A stretch of DNA of 64,000 nucleotides from an uncultured Bacteroidota bacterium (GTDB lineage Bacteria; Bacteroidota; Bacteroidia; Bacteroidales; GCA-2748055): contig CAWANQ010000002.1 in the NCBI GenBank assembly GCA_963783435.1, positions 329,044 through 393,043 on the forward strand, in the 5' to 3' direction. The number at the start of each line of letters is the position of its first letter. Position 1 is the stretch's first letter. Of the stretch, positions 54,709 through 64,000 are shown piece after piece. Below the pieces are notes generated by a model that saw nothing but the letters and a program-made list of their open reading frames with translations, was not told the origin of the DNA and ran no database searches. Position numbers and translations under genes: made by a program.

Positions 54709-56936
54709 ATGAACTATAAAAATAATTCAACGGTGTCTCTGTTCTGCCTGTTGTTATGCTTATGCGGGACAGGTGCCGTTCTGAAAGCCCAGAATCTTCA
54801 CCTGGTCTGGGCCGATGAGTTTGAGGGAAGCTCCATTGATCCCTCCACCTGGCAATACGAGTCCGGACCCTCCAATGACAATGTTCAATATTATACCGAC
54901 CGGGTTGAAAATGCGAGCCTGGTCGATGGCAAACTCAGGATCGTCGCACTGAAAGAATCCTACCAGGGTTATGAATATACCTCAGCCCACATCCGGACAG
55001 AAAAGGCACGAAGCTGGAGGTACGGAAGGATGGAGGCGAGCATAAAACTGCCCGCTACACCCGGATTTGTTCCCGCATTCTGGATGCTTCCGCTTGATAA
55101 CCTATATGGCTGGTGGCCTTTCAGCGGTGAAATTGACATCATGGAACACCCCACCAATGAAGTCACCAAAATTTACGGCACCGCGCATACCGGAAACTAC
55201 AACCTTTTCGAGGGTCCCTTCCCCCCCGGGGCAGCACAGCGGATGTCCCAGATGCCGAGAGTGCATTTCACCTCTATGCCATTGAGTGGACCCCGGAAAG
55301 CATCGACTTTTTTGTGGATGATCAAAAGTATTATTCATTTGAAAATGACAATGGATCCTCAGACACCTGGCCCTTCAATCAGCCCTTTTATATGATACTA
55401 AACCTTGCCGTCGGGGGAGGATGGGTAGGAACGCCAGACGAATCTACAGTCTTCCCTGCCATCATGGAGGTCGATTATGTAAGGGTATACCAGGATCTGG
55501 AAGATTTGGAAATCCATGGCAGCGATTTCATCACATACAATACCGAAAATGTAAGCTATTCCCTCGGGAATATCGAGGGTGCTACTTATCAATGGAGGGT
55601 GCCGGGGGGTGCTGAAATCATCTCGGGTCAGGGCAGTTCTGAAATCACCGTGAACTGGGGACTATTTGGCGGAGATATAGAAGCCGTAATGACCACCGGC
55701 CAGGGTATATACTTAAAAACCCTGCCTGTAAGAGTATCTCCCAATTATCTAAAAAATATGGGATTTGAAAAGGGCGTAAAGCATTGGCAGAGTGCCACGG
55801 GTTACCCCATTAAGGCACAAATCAGGCTGGACAATGAGGAATTTCACGGGGGGGCTCATTCAGTTTCTACCGGCGTAACAGACCCTTCAGGAAATGCCTG
55901 GGATGTTCAGCTGTCGCAGGGTAAACTTGCACTTGAGGGTGGAACAAGGTACCACGCCAGCTTTATGGCAAAATCCGGGACAACACAGGACCAAATCAGT
56001 GCTGCAGTCATCAATACCTCAAATAATGACCTGGCCGGACAAACAACAATCCAGCCGGGAGAAAACTGGGGATTGTATAAATTTGATTTCACCCCTTCGG
56101 CATCCATGACTGCTGCATTCAATGTGGATATGGGTGGGCATACAGGGTCTTACTATCTTGATGATTTTGAGCTGACCACTCCGGAGTTAAGGGATCTGAA
56201 CCTGGTAAAAAATCCCGATTTCTTTGATGAAAAGGAGGACTGGTCACTGACTACACTCTCTGCAGCATTGGCAGAGGGAACAGTGACGAAAGGAGAATAC
56301 GCTGTGTCCATCAGCAACGGCGGTTCCAGCGTTTGGGATATTCACCTGGGACAGTCAGATCTACCCGTAGAGAATGGATATGAGTACATGGTCTCATTCG
56401 ATGCCTACGCCGATGCTCCCAAGCAGATAAGCGCCCTGGTTGGGAAAAATGCTGAACCCTGGACCGTATACAGCGATGAGGAAGCCATCACCCTCTCAAC
56501 AAGCAAACAGACTTATTCATTTACCTTTGCCATGAACGAACAAAGCGACCCTCAGTCCCGCCTGGGATTTGATATGGGTGGGGATAAGACCAATGTCTAT
56601 TTCGATAACATCCTTCTCAGGAAAGGTGAAGCCATATCCACAACTTCAAACTTCTCCCAGGGAAGTAACCGATCGTCCACTTTGCTGAGAAATTATCCCA
56701 ACCCGGTTCAAACAGAAACCTCCTTTTACTATTTCCTTGTGCAGCCGGCACATGTATCCCTTACAATTTTCACCCTCAACGGACAGGAATTAGAAACCGT
56801 CGAAAGCGATTTCCGGCAGAAGGGTGAACATGTGGTCCAGTGGGATGCCGGGGACTTGCCTGCGGGGATTTACCTTTACCAACTCTCTGCAGGTGATCGA
56901 CTTGAAACCCGAAAGCTCATACTTCTTAATCATTAA
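54709..56936 (+). pseudogene. GH16 (laminarinase-like) + 2 CBM4/9-like modules + T9SS CTD, broken by one frameshift at a C7G4 run
   Basis: Two ORFs are involved: 54709-55395 (frame 1) and 55314-56936 (frame 0). The GH16 catalytic motif is GEIDIMEH. After the run CCCCCCCGGGG (55221-55231) the conserved continuation AFHLYAIEWTPESIDFFVDD...MEVDYVRVYQ is in the other frame. The C-terminus (YPNPVQTETSFYYF...GIYLYQLSAGDRLETRKLILL) is a T9SS CTD. Confidence 0.8.
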
Positions 56937-57093
56937 AACAATGTATGATTTTAAGAAAGAGGTTGCAAAAAAGATCCGTGAGGCAAAGGCATTAAGGGCA
57001 AGGATGAAATCCAGCATTAACCTGTAAATCACACTTGCAGCTAGTATTTTTCATAAAGCCCAAAACTATTCGTAGTTTTATTTACTGGAACAT

Positions 57094-60000
57094 ATGAAAC
57101 CATATTTCTGAAAAATACACTTACATACATCACTCTTGTTTTGCTTATCGCTTCCTGCATGAGCGATAAGCAAAGCGCTGATGATGAAATGCCAATTTTA
57201 CATCCGGCTCCGCAAACAGTTGCTTTAAACACCGACGAAGGCTACATAATCAACCCCGTTTCAGGAGACAGCATTCAACCAGTTGTAAATTCATTGGGTT
57301 ATACCCTAAAAACAGGGATGGCATTTCCGGCTAAAGGCAAAGCCATCCATCCCGGCAGTTTGGAACAACCTAAAAGAATTCCTGCAGGTGAACCGGAGAT
57401 GGTCCCCACCAACCTGAACGTACATAAGATACCGGAAACCCTCACTGTCATTACTATAGATAAAAACTCCCTCAAAATTTTTACTCCCGGTATTGATACC
57501 TCATCTTATGTGCATGTTAATTCCACCGGAGATACTGTGCCCACAGGTGTGCCCATACCTGTCAGAGGGAAAGTTGTGCCCTGTATACAACCCCAGCCAG
57601 TTAAGGCTTTACCGCCACACATAAAAGACAACGCCAGCATTAATATGAAATACCTGGATGCGGAACAGGGAATGAATTCGTCAAATGTCACGTCCATCCT
57701 GGAAGACAGTCGTGGCAATTTCTGGTTCGGCACCTGGGGCGGAGGTGTAAGTATGTATAATGGAGAAACCTTTACACATTTTACCGAAAAAGAGGGTTTA
57801 AGTAATAATGTAGTCTGGTCCATTCTGGAGGACAGCCATGACAATCTCTGGTTCGGGACAGAGGGTGGAGGTGTGAGCATGTATAATGGAGAATCATTTA
57901 CACATTTTACCGAAAAAGAGGGCTTAAGTAATAATTGGGTCTATTCCATGCTGGAGGACAGCCATGGAAATCTCTGGTTCGGCACCGTTGGTGGAGGGGT
58001 GAGCATGTTTAATGAAGATACCTTTACACATTTTACCAAAAAAGAGGGACTAAGTAATAATTCTGTCTTTTCCATCCTGGAGGATAGTCATGGCAATTTA
58101 TGGTTCGGCACTGAGGGTGGAGGTGTGAGCATGTATAATGGCGAAAGCTTTACAAGTTTTACTACAAAAGAGGGCTTAAGTAATAATTGGATCTTTTCCA
58201 TACTGGAGGACAGTCATGGCAATCTCTGGTTCGGCACTGGTGGCGGAGGGGCAAGCATGTATAATGGAGAATCTTTTACGCATTTTACCGAAAAAGAGGG
58301 ATTAAGCAATAATCATGTCACGTCCATCCTGGAGGACAGCAATAGCAATTTTTGGTTCGGCTCCAGAGGCGGAGGGGTGAGCATGTATAATGGAGAAAGC
58401 TTTACGCATTTTACCGAAAAAGAGGGTTTAAGTAATAATAATGTTTTGTCCATCCTGGAGGACAGCCATGGCAATCTCTGGTTTGGTACCCTTGGTGGAG
58501 GGGTGAGCATATACAATGTAGAAACCTTTGCCCATTTTACCAAAAAAGAGGGATTAAGTAATGATATTGTCTTTTCCATCCTGGAGGACAGCCATGGCAA
58601 TCTCTGGTTCGGCACCAATGGCAGCGGAGTAAGCAAGTATAATGGCGAATCCTTTGACACATTTTACTACAAAAGAGGGCCTATGTAATAATATTGTCCA
58701 GTCCATCCTGGAGGACAGCAAAGGCAATCTCTGGTTTGGTACATATGATGGAGGTGTGAGCAAGTATAATGGCGATACTTTTACGAATTTTACTGGAAAA
58801 GAAGGTTTAAGTAATAACAATGTCATGTCCATCCTGGAGGATAGGCATGGCAATATATGGTTCGGCACAAAGGGAGGAGGAGTGAGCAGGTATAAGGATG
58901 GAACCTTTGTGCATTTTACAGAAAAAGAGGGCCTGAGTAATAATGTTGTCCAGACCATCCTGGAGGACAGTCAAGGCAATCTCTGGTTTGGCACATTTGG
59001 TGGAGGGCTCACTAAGTATGATGGCGAATCTTTTGAATACTTTACCGAAAACGATGGTTTATGTAATAATATGATCGTGTCAATCCTGGAGGACAGTCAT
59101 GGCAATCTCTGGTTTGGTACATTTGGTGGAGGGGTAAGTATGTATGATGGTGAATCCTTTACTCATTTTACCGAAAAAGAGGGTTTAAGTAATAATTATG
59201 TCTTCTCCATCCTGGAGGATAACAACAGTAATATATGGTTAAGCACACAAATGGGATTAAATCGCTTTGCATTCAGTACGGATCGTGCTCAATGTGGCAT
59301 ACAATAACCCTGTTATTTATTCCTATAGCCTTCAGGACGGCCTGAAAGGAAAGGATTTCTATCCAAACAGTGCCTTAATTGACAATGAAAACCGCATTTG
59401 GTGGGGTAACGGTAAAGGCATTACCATGTTGGATATGAATAATTTTAAGATACCATATCAAGCCCCCACCATGCGACTTGATCAAATAGAAATTAACGAA
59501 CAGTTCATAGATTACCGCCATTTGAAAGATAGTACCGGAATGGAAATGGATTTCGATAGCGTGTTAAAGTTTTATAATTACCCTTTAAACCTGGAATTAC
59601 CGTACAACAATAATCACCTTACCTTTCATTTTTCAGCCATAGATTGGACTGCTCCACATAAAATAAGTTACAGCTTCAAAATGGAGGGATTAAACGATGA
59701 ATGGAGCATACCCACGGAAGAAAGCAAAGCAGATTACCGCAACCTACCTTATGGCACATTTACATTTAAAGTGGCCGCCATAGGAGAATTACAAAAGTGG
59801 AGCGAACCTTTTGAATATACCTTTACTATAAACCGACCCTGGTGGCATACCTGGTGGGCAAGATCGGGCTATGGCATCACAGCCTTACTGCTTGTCATAG
59901 GTATTGTGCGCTGGCGTACAGCCAAACTAGAACAACACCGGAAAGAACTGGAAACACAGGTAGCCCTTGCTACGCAAGAGATTAGATCACAGAAAGATGA

Positions 60001-60922
60001 AGTTGAAGCCCAAAATGAAGAAATTGAAGCTCAGAGGGACAACGTTGTGGCGACAAATGAAGCCCTTGAAAAACAAAAACGTGAGTTAGAATTCACACTG
60101 GAAAATCTGAAATTAATCCAATCCCAGTTAATCCAGTCAGAAAAAATGGCATCCGTGGGATTGCTTACAGCGGGAGTTGCCCATGAACTGAACAATCCCA
60201 TAAATTTCATCAGTGGGAATGTTAGTCCCCTGAGACGTGATTTGAATGACCTATTCTCATTTATTGAAAAATATGATGAGATATTAGAAGTGAACAAACT
60301 TGAAAAAGTGATCAATGACATTAACGATCTGAAAGATGAATTGGACTTTTCATTTTTAACTCAAGAGATTATTAAATTGCTGGAAGGAATGGAGGAGGGC
60401 GCAAACAGATCCAGTTATATTGTGAAGGGTCTGCGCAGTTTTTCAAGACTTGATGAAGAGAAACCCCAACTCTTTAATATACATGAAGGAATTGACTCTG
60501 CATTAATACTGTTGCATAATCAAATTAAGAATAATATCAAAGTTCAGAAGGATTTCGGTGATTTAAAGGAAATAGAGTGTTTTCCGAGCAAACTTAATCA
60601 GGTTATAATGAATATCCTTACAAACAGTATACAGGCTATAGATGGCAAAGGAGAAATATTCATTCAAACCATCAGTAGCGATATTGGAATAAAGATCATT
60701 ATTAAGGACGATGGAATAGGGATGACCCCTGAAGTGAAAAGACATATATTTGATCCATTCTACACAACCAAAGATGTGGGGAAAGGAACCGGACTGGGCC
60801 TTTCAATCGCCTACGGAATTATTGAACAGCACAATGGAATTATTGATGTAATATCTCAACCGGGAATAGGCACCGAATTTATTATTTCACTGCCCAGAAA
60901 ACAATCTAATTTTAACCAGTAG
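57094..60922 (+). pseudogene. Propeller-repeat sensor histidine kinase (lipoprotein signal, 13 regulator-propeller blades, Y_Y_Y-like region, TM, HisKA, HATPase) with 2-3 frame disruptions
   Basis: The ORFs 57141, 58642 and 59267 run in frames 0>1>2. MKPYF (ATG 57094) plus LKNTLTYITLVLLIASC would form a lipoprotein signal if 1 nt were restored near 57106-57110. The kinase core reads VGLLTAGVAHELNNPINF and DDGIGM...GKGTGLGLSIAYG. Confidence 0.8.
57693..59275 (+). repeat. About 13 tandem 126-bp (42-aa) coding repeats
   Basis: The repeated unit is SILEDSHGNLWFGTxGGGVSMYNGESFTHFTEKEGLSNNxVx. DNA-level similarity between copies is high (for example tccatcctggaggacagccatggcaatctctggttcggcac recurs). 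Confidence 0.9.
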
Positions 60923-61129
60923 ATTATTACCATGAATAGATTCTCCCTATTGTACGTTGAGGAGGAGTTTATCTTCACAGACCACGGTAAGCTTGCCATG
61001 ACTGGAATTTAGCTTCTGGAAAAACTAACTCCTGCCCCTCAATTTGTCCCAAAAAGTATCCTCTAACTTTTTTCGATTTTCATTTGTGTGTGTACTTGCT
61101 ATATATTTTTTTGCGAATCGTACCGGATT

Positions 61130-61304
61130 TCCAATAAGGCTCCAAATCTTTAATCTGACCGGTCAGATGATCGATGAGTTCTATAGCAACAGCAAAAACA
61201 TAAGGGCTTATAATATTGATCATCTTCAAGATGGAATTTATATTATAAAACTCAGAACTGATCGGGATAAGATTTACACCGCCAAGCTTATTATAAGCCG
61301 ATAG
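61130..61304 (+). pseudogene. Orphan T9SS C-terminal sorting-domain remnant
   Basis: The C-terminal part of ORF 61044-61304 (RLQIFNLTGQMIDEFYS...LQDGIYIIKLRTDRDKIYTAKLIISR) looks like a T9SS CTD. The upstream part is not protein-like, and no cargo domain is present. Confidence 0.45.
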
Positions 61305-61499
61305 ATCTGATTCCGGGTAAGAAGGTGGTTCTACATGGACGGATTTTTCAACAAACTCTCTAAGTGGTGTTTTTGTGATTTCTTCCACATTTTACATACT
61401 TAAATGTGAATATTTAAAAGAATACCCTACTTTTATCACATATTATATAGGTTTTATGTGATATATATCACGTTTTACATATTTATAAAGTGATTTATC

Positions 61500-62819
61500 A
61501 TGGATATTAAAAGAGATATTGAGCAGAAATTAATATTATGGAAAAAGTCATCTGATAGGAAGCCTCTCATTCTGCGGGGTGCAAGACAGGTAGGTAAAAC
61601 ATATTCATTGAAAAAATTTGGCGAGAAAAATTATAAGAAAACGGCCTATTTCAATTTCGATGAACAGCCCGAATTGAAACAATTCTTTTCCAAAACAAAA
61701 GATGTCCATCGAATAATAAATAATTTGTCACTGGTTTATGGACAAAGGATAACTCCACATGATACACTAATTATTTTTGATGAAATACAAGAATGTAGTG
61801 AAGCGCTGGGAACCTTGAAATATTTTTGCGAAAAGGCTCCAGAATATGACATAGTTTCGGCCGGTTCGCTGCTGGGTGTCGCTTTGACCAAAGGACGTAC
61901 TTTTCCGGTAGGCAAAGTTGAATTCTTAGATATCTATCCTATTACATTTTTTGAATTTTTAGCAACATCATCCCCTCAATTAGCTGACTATTTAAAAAGC
62001 ATTCAGATCATTGAATCCATACCAGATTTTTTTTTAAATCAACTGCTTGAGCAATTCAAGATATACTTCATTACAGGGGGAATGCCTGAATCTATCGGGT
62101 CATATTTGGAAGTAATGGACATGGATAAAGTTCAGAAAATATTGCAAAATATCTTGGATGCATATTCATTGGATTTTTTGAAACATATAGATAAATCGGA
62201 CATATTAAAGGTGGGGTATGTATGGAATTCCATTCCATCTCAACTGTCACGAGAGAATAAAAAATTCTTATATCAAACCGTTAAAGAAGGAGCACGAGCC
62301 CGTGAGTATGAAAATGCAATTGAATGGTTAGACAGGGCCGGATTAGTTCAGAAAATCCATAAAATATCTGCACCAAAGTTACCTCTTACTGCCTATAAGG
62401 ATCTATCTGCATTCAAATTATATATATTAGATACTGGTATATTACGTCGTCTTGCATTACTATCTCCCACCGCAATAACAGAGGGAAATAGACTATTTAC
62501 TGAATTTAAAGGAGCATTAAGTGAGAATTACATTTTGCAAAGTTTAATAACTCAATTTGAAGGCAGACCTTTTTATTGGACATCTGATAACACTGCTGAA
62601 GTAGATTTTGTTATCCAATATCAAAATGAAATAATTCCCATAGAAGTAAAATCGGGTGAAAGCGTTCGAAGCAGGAGCCTTTCTGTATATTCAAGCAAAT
62701 ATTCACCAAAGACAAAAATTCGTTATTCTTTAAAGAACCTATCCTACAACAATGGACTTTTGAATATTCCATTATTTTTAGCTGATGACACTTTGAAGAT
62801 TATAAATTCAGTTGTTTAA
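61500..62819 (+). CDS. AAA-family ATPase with DUF4143-type C-terminal domain
   Basis: 439-aa ORF with Walker A (LRGARQVGKTYS) and Walker B (LIIFDEIQ). The C-terminal block is AEVDFVIQYQNEIIPIEVKSGE. Confidence 0.8.
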   Translation: MDIKRDIEQKLILWKKSSDRKPLILRGARQVGKTYSLKKFGEKNYKKTAYFNFDEQPELKQFFSKTKDVHRIINNLSLVYGQRITPHDTLIIFDEIQECSEALGTLKYFCEKAPEYDIVSAGSLLGVALTKGRTFPVGKVEFLDIYPITFFEFLATSSPQLADYLKSIQIIESIPDFFLNQLLEQFKIYFITGGMPESIGSYLEVMDMDKVQKILQNILDAYSLDFLKHIDKSDILKVGYVWNSIPSQLSRENKKFLYQTVKEGARAREYENAIEWLDRAGLVQKIHKISAPKLPLTAYKDLSAFKLYILDTGILRRLALLSPTAITEGNRLFTEFKGALSENYILQSLITQFEGRPFYWTSDNTAEVDFVIQYQNEIIPIEVKSGESVRSRSLSVYSSKYSPKTKIRYSLKNLSYNNGLLNIPLFLADDTLKIINSVV

Positions 62820-62938
62820 GCCATTCTGATTAAGCACTTTTTACCGGGAAAGACCGCGCCCTTCATTCCTGTCAAGCAAACGAGTAGGAAGATAGGGGAA
62901 AATATTTTATAAACATATCCCCTATCTGTCCTCTCACA

Positions 62939-62968
62939 CCACCTAGCATACCGTTCGGTACTAGGCGG
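62939..62968 (-). ncRNA. Group II intron domain V (catalytic hairpin)
   Basis: The minus strand reads CCGCCUAG-UACC-GAAC-GGUA-UG-CUAGGUGG. This gives an 8-bp lower stem with a CGC triad and a G-U wobble, a 2-nt bulge on the 3' strand and a 4-bp upper stem. Confidence 0.7.
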
Positions 62969-62972
62969 TTCC

Positions 62973-64000
62973 TTAATTAAAACCACTGACAGACCGGTAG
63001 TACTCCAAAAAGAAGATATAACCGGCTTGTCTAAGACGGTTACTGGTGACACTTCTGGTTAAGATCGGACTTCTGGCTGTGTGCCAGTAACCCATTCTCG
63101 TATTCGCAAACTCCCATGCCTTGTATCTTGCAATACCCAGCTTCGTAAGATTACGACCACGGGTGCGTACCCGTTTCCATTGTTTCCAGATAATCATACG
63201 TAGACGTCTGCGGTACCATTCGTCTACTCTTATTAGTAGACTTTTCATGTCTGCCAGTTTAAAGTAATTCACCCAGCCAGTTATATACTGTCTAAGTGCT
63301 ACTTTTCGCCTTGCATATCCCCACCCATTGCTCCGTGATGTAAGCGTTTTGATCCGCTCCTTCATCTTTGCAATGCTTTTCGGGTGTACTCGCAGTCGTC
63401 CTTCTCCTTTATATACATAAAAGGAGTATCCCAAAAATTTCACTTTTGAAATATAGGCTGTCGCCGTCTTTTCCCTGTTTACCCTCAGAAACAGTTTCTT
63501 TTCGATGTACGGAACGATGTTCGCAAGCGTCCTCTCTGCACTCCGTTTGCTCTTGCAAAGGATTACCAGATCGTCGGCATAACGTACAAAGAGGTGCCCT
63601 CGGTTTTCGAGTTCCTTGTCCAACTCGTTGAGCATAACGTTGCTCAACATCGGACTAAGCGGACCTCCCTGCGGAACGCCCATACTCGTCTCTTCAAACT
63701 TGTTGCGTATCACCACTCCTGCATTGAGGTATTTATGGATGAGCGAGATAACCCGCCCATCTTTTACAGTCCTTGATAACACCTCTATCAGTTTACTCTG
63801 ATTGACTGTATCAAAGAACTTCTCAAGGTCCATATCCACGGCGTATTTATAACCGTCTGTGATATAGCTCTTGCATTGGTTCAATGCCTGGTGTGCATTA
63901 CGCTTGGGTCTGAACCCGTAACTGTTCGATGAAAACTGCTTCTCGTAGACAGGTGTTAAGACCTGAGCAATAGCCTGTTGGACTACGCGGTCAACCACCG
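62973..64000 (-). CDS. Group II intron-encoded reverse transcriptase/maturase (N-terminus beyond window end)
   Basis: The RT blocks are GFRPKRNAHQAL, DMDLEKFFDTV, GVPQGGPLSPMLSN and FVRYADDLVILC. The maturase (X) domain reads RQYITGWVNYF...WYRRRLRMIIWKQWK. No endonuclease domain is present. Confidence 0.9.
   Translation of the reverse strand, partial: VVDRVVQQAIAQVLTPVYEKQFSSNSYGFRPKRNAHQALNQCKSYITDGYKYAVDMDLEKFFDTVNQSKLIEVLSRTVKDGRVISLIHKYLNAGVVIRNKFEETSMGVPQGGPLSPMLSNVMLNELDKELENRGHLFVRYADDLVILCKSKRSAERTLANIVPYIEKKLFLRVNREKTATAYISKVKFLGYSFYVYKGEGRLRVHPKSIAKMKERIKTLTSRSNGWGYARRKVALRQYITGWVNYFKLADMKSLLIRVDEWYRRRLRMIIWKQWKRVRTRGRNLTKLGIARYKAWEFANTRMGYWHTARSPILTRSVTSNRLRQAGYIFFLEYYRSVSGFN

Larger units (their letters stand above)
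62881..64000 (-). mobile_element. Group II intron, 3' portion (IEP ORF + domains V and VI); 5' part beyond window end; 3' boundary approximate
   Basis: An RT/maturase ORF is followed on the same strand by a domain-V-like hairpin (62939-62968) and a domain-VI-like helix (62882-62935) with a bulged A at 62885. Confidence 0.8.

Noticed and set aside
57693-59275. The regular 126-bp tandem repeats could at first glance be taken for a CRISPR array or a satellite.
   Set aside because: The units abut without spacers and are in-frame. They encode regulator-propeller blades of a sensor kinase.
62816-63052. A 78-aa minus-strand ORF downstream of the intron RT.
   Set aside because: It spans intron domains V and VI, which are structured RNA, and overlaps the RT C-terminus.

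Overview
This is a 64-kb chromosomal window from a Bacteroidota-type genome. The evidence is a SusC-type receptor, hybrid two-component regulators, three T9SS C-terminal sorting domains and TAnnTTTG -7 boxes.

Layout:
- 1-10.6 kb: fragment of a polysaccharide utilisation locus (SusC, S1 sulfatase, alginate-lyase-fold lyase, HTCS, DUF1080).
- 11-15.4 kb: a multiheme cytochrome c broken by frameshifts, translationally coupled to a T9SS-secreted Asp-box double propeller.
- 15.5-21.4 kb: signalling genes (phosphoesterase, Cache-PAS-CBS-DUF294 protein, USP, NarL-type two-component pair).
- 21.4-46 kb: a dense stress, ion and polyamine block. It holds a 5-gene enzyme operon, an orphan ECF sigma, 4 MscS-type channels, CNNM, an MgtE pair, an FGase/MATCAP-like/GshB-like operon, an ADC-agmatinase-DHS-like polyamine operon, PPK2 and two USPs.
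- 46-54.4 kb: a chelatase-like/dikinase-like/PlsY-like trio and a NifX-like/DUF5320/P-loop-4Fe4S cluster.
- 54.7-61 kb: a frameshifted GH16-CBM-T9SS gene and a frameshifted propeller histidine kinase built from 126-bp repeats.
- 61-64 kb: a decayed T9SS remnant, a DUF4143 AAA ATPase and the 3' part of a group II intron.

The main result of the hunt is a strand-specific bipartite motif, TGTGACCWTT-N11(12)-RGTCTNAA. It occurs seven times, each time just upstream of and oriented toward a transcription unit between 19.6 and 46 kb. Its geometry matches ECF-sigma promoters, and an anti-sigma-less ECF sigma gene sits inside the block. I interpret this as an undescribed stress regulon or island that includes two uncharacterised enzyme operons.

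The window also carries at least 9 frame disruptions in 4 genes. These could be sequencing error or real decay, so every 'pseudogene' call here carries that caveat.

All functional calls come from motif recognition by eye. No database search was possible.
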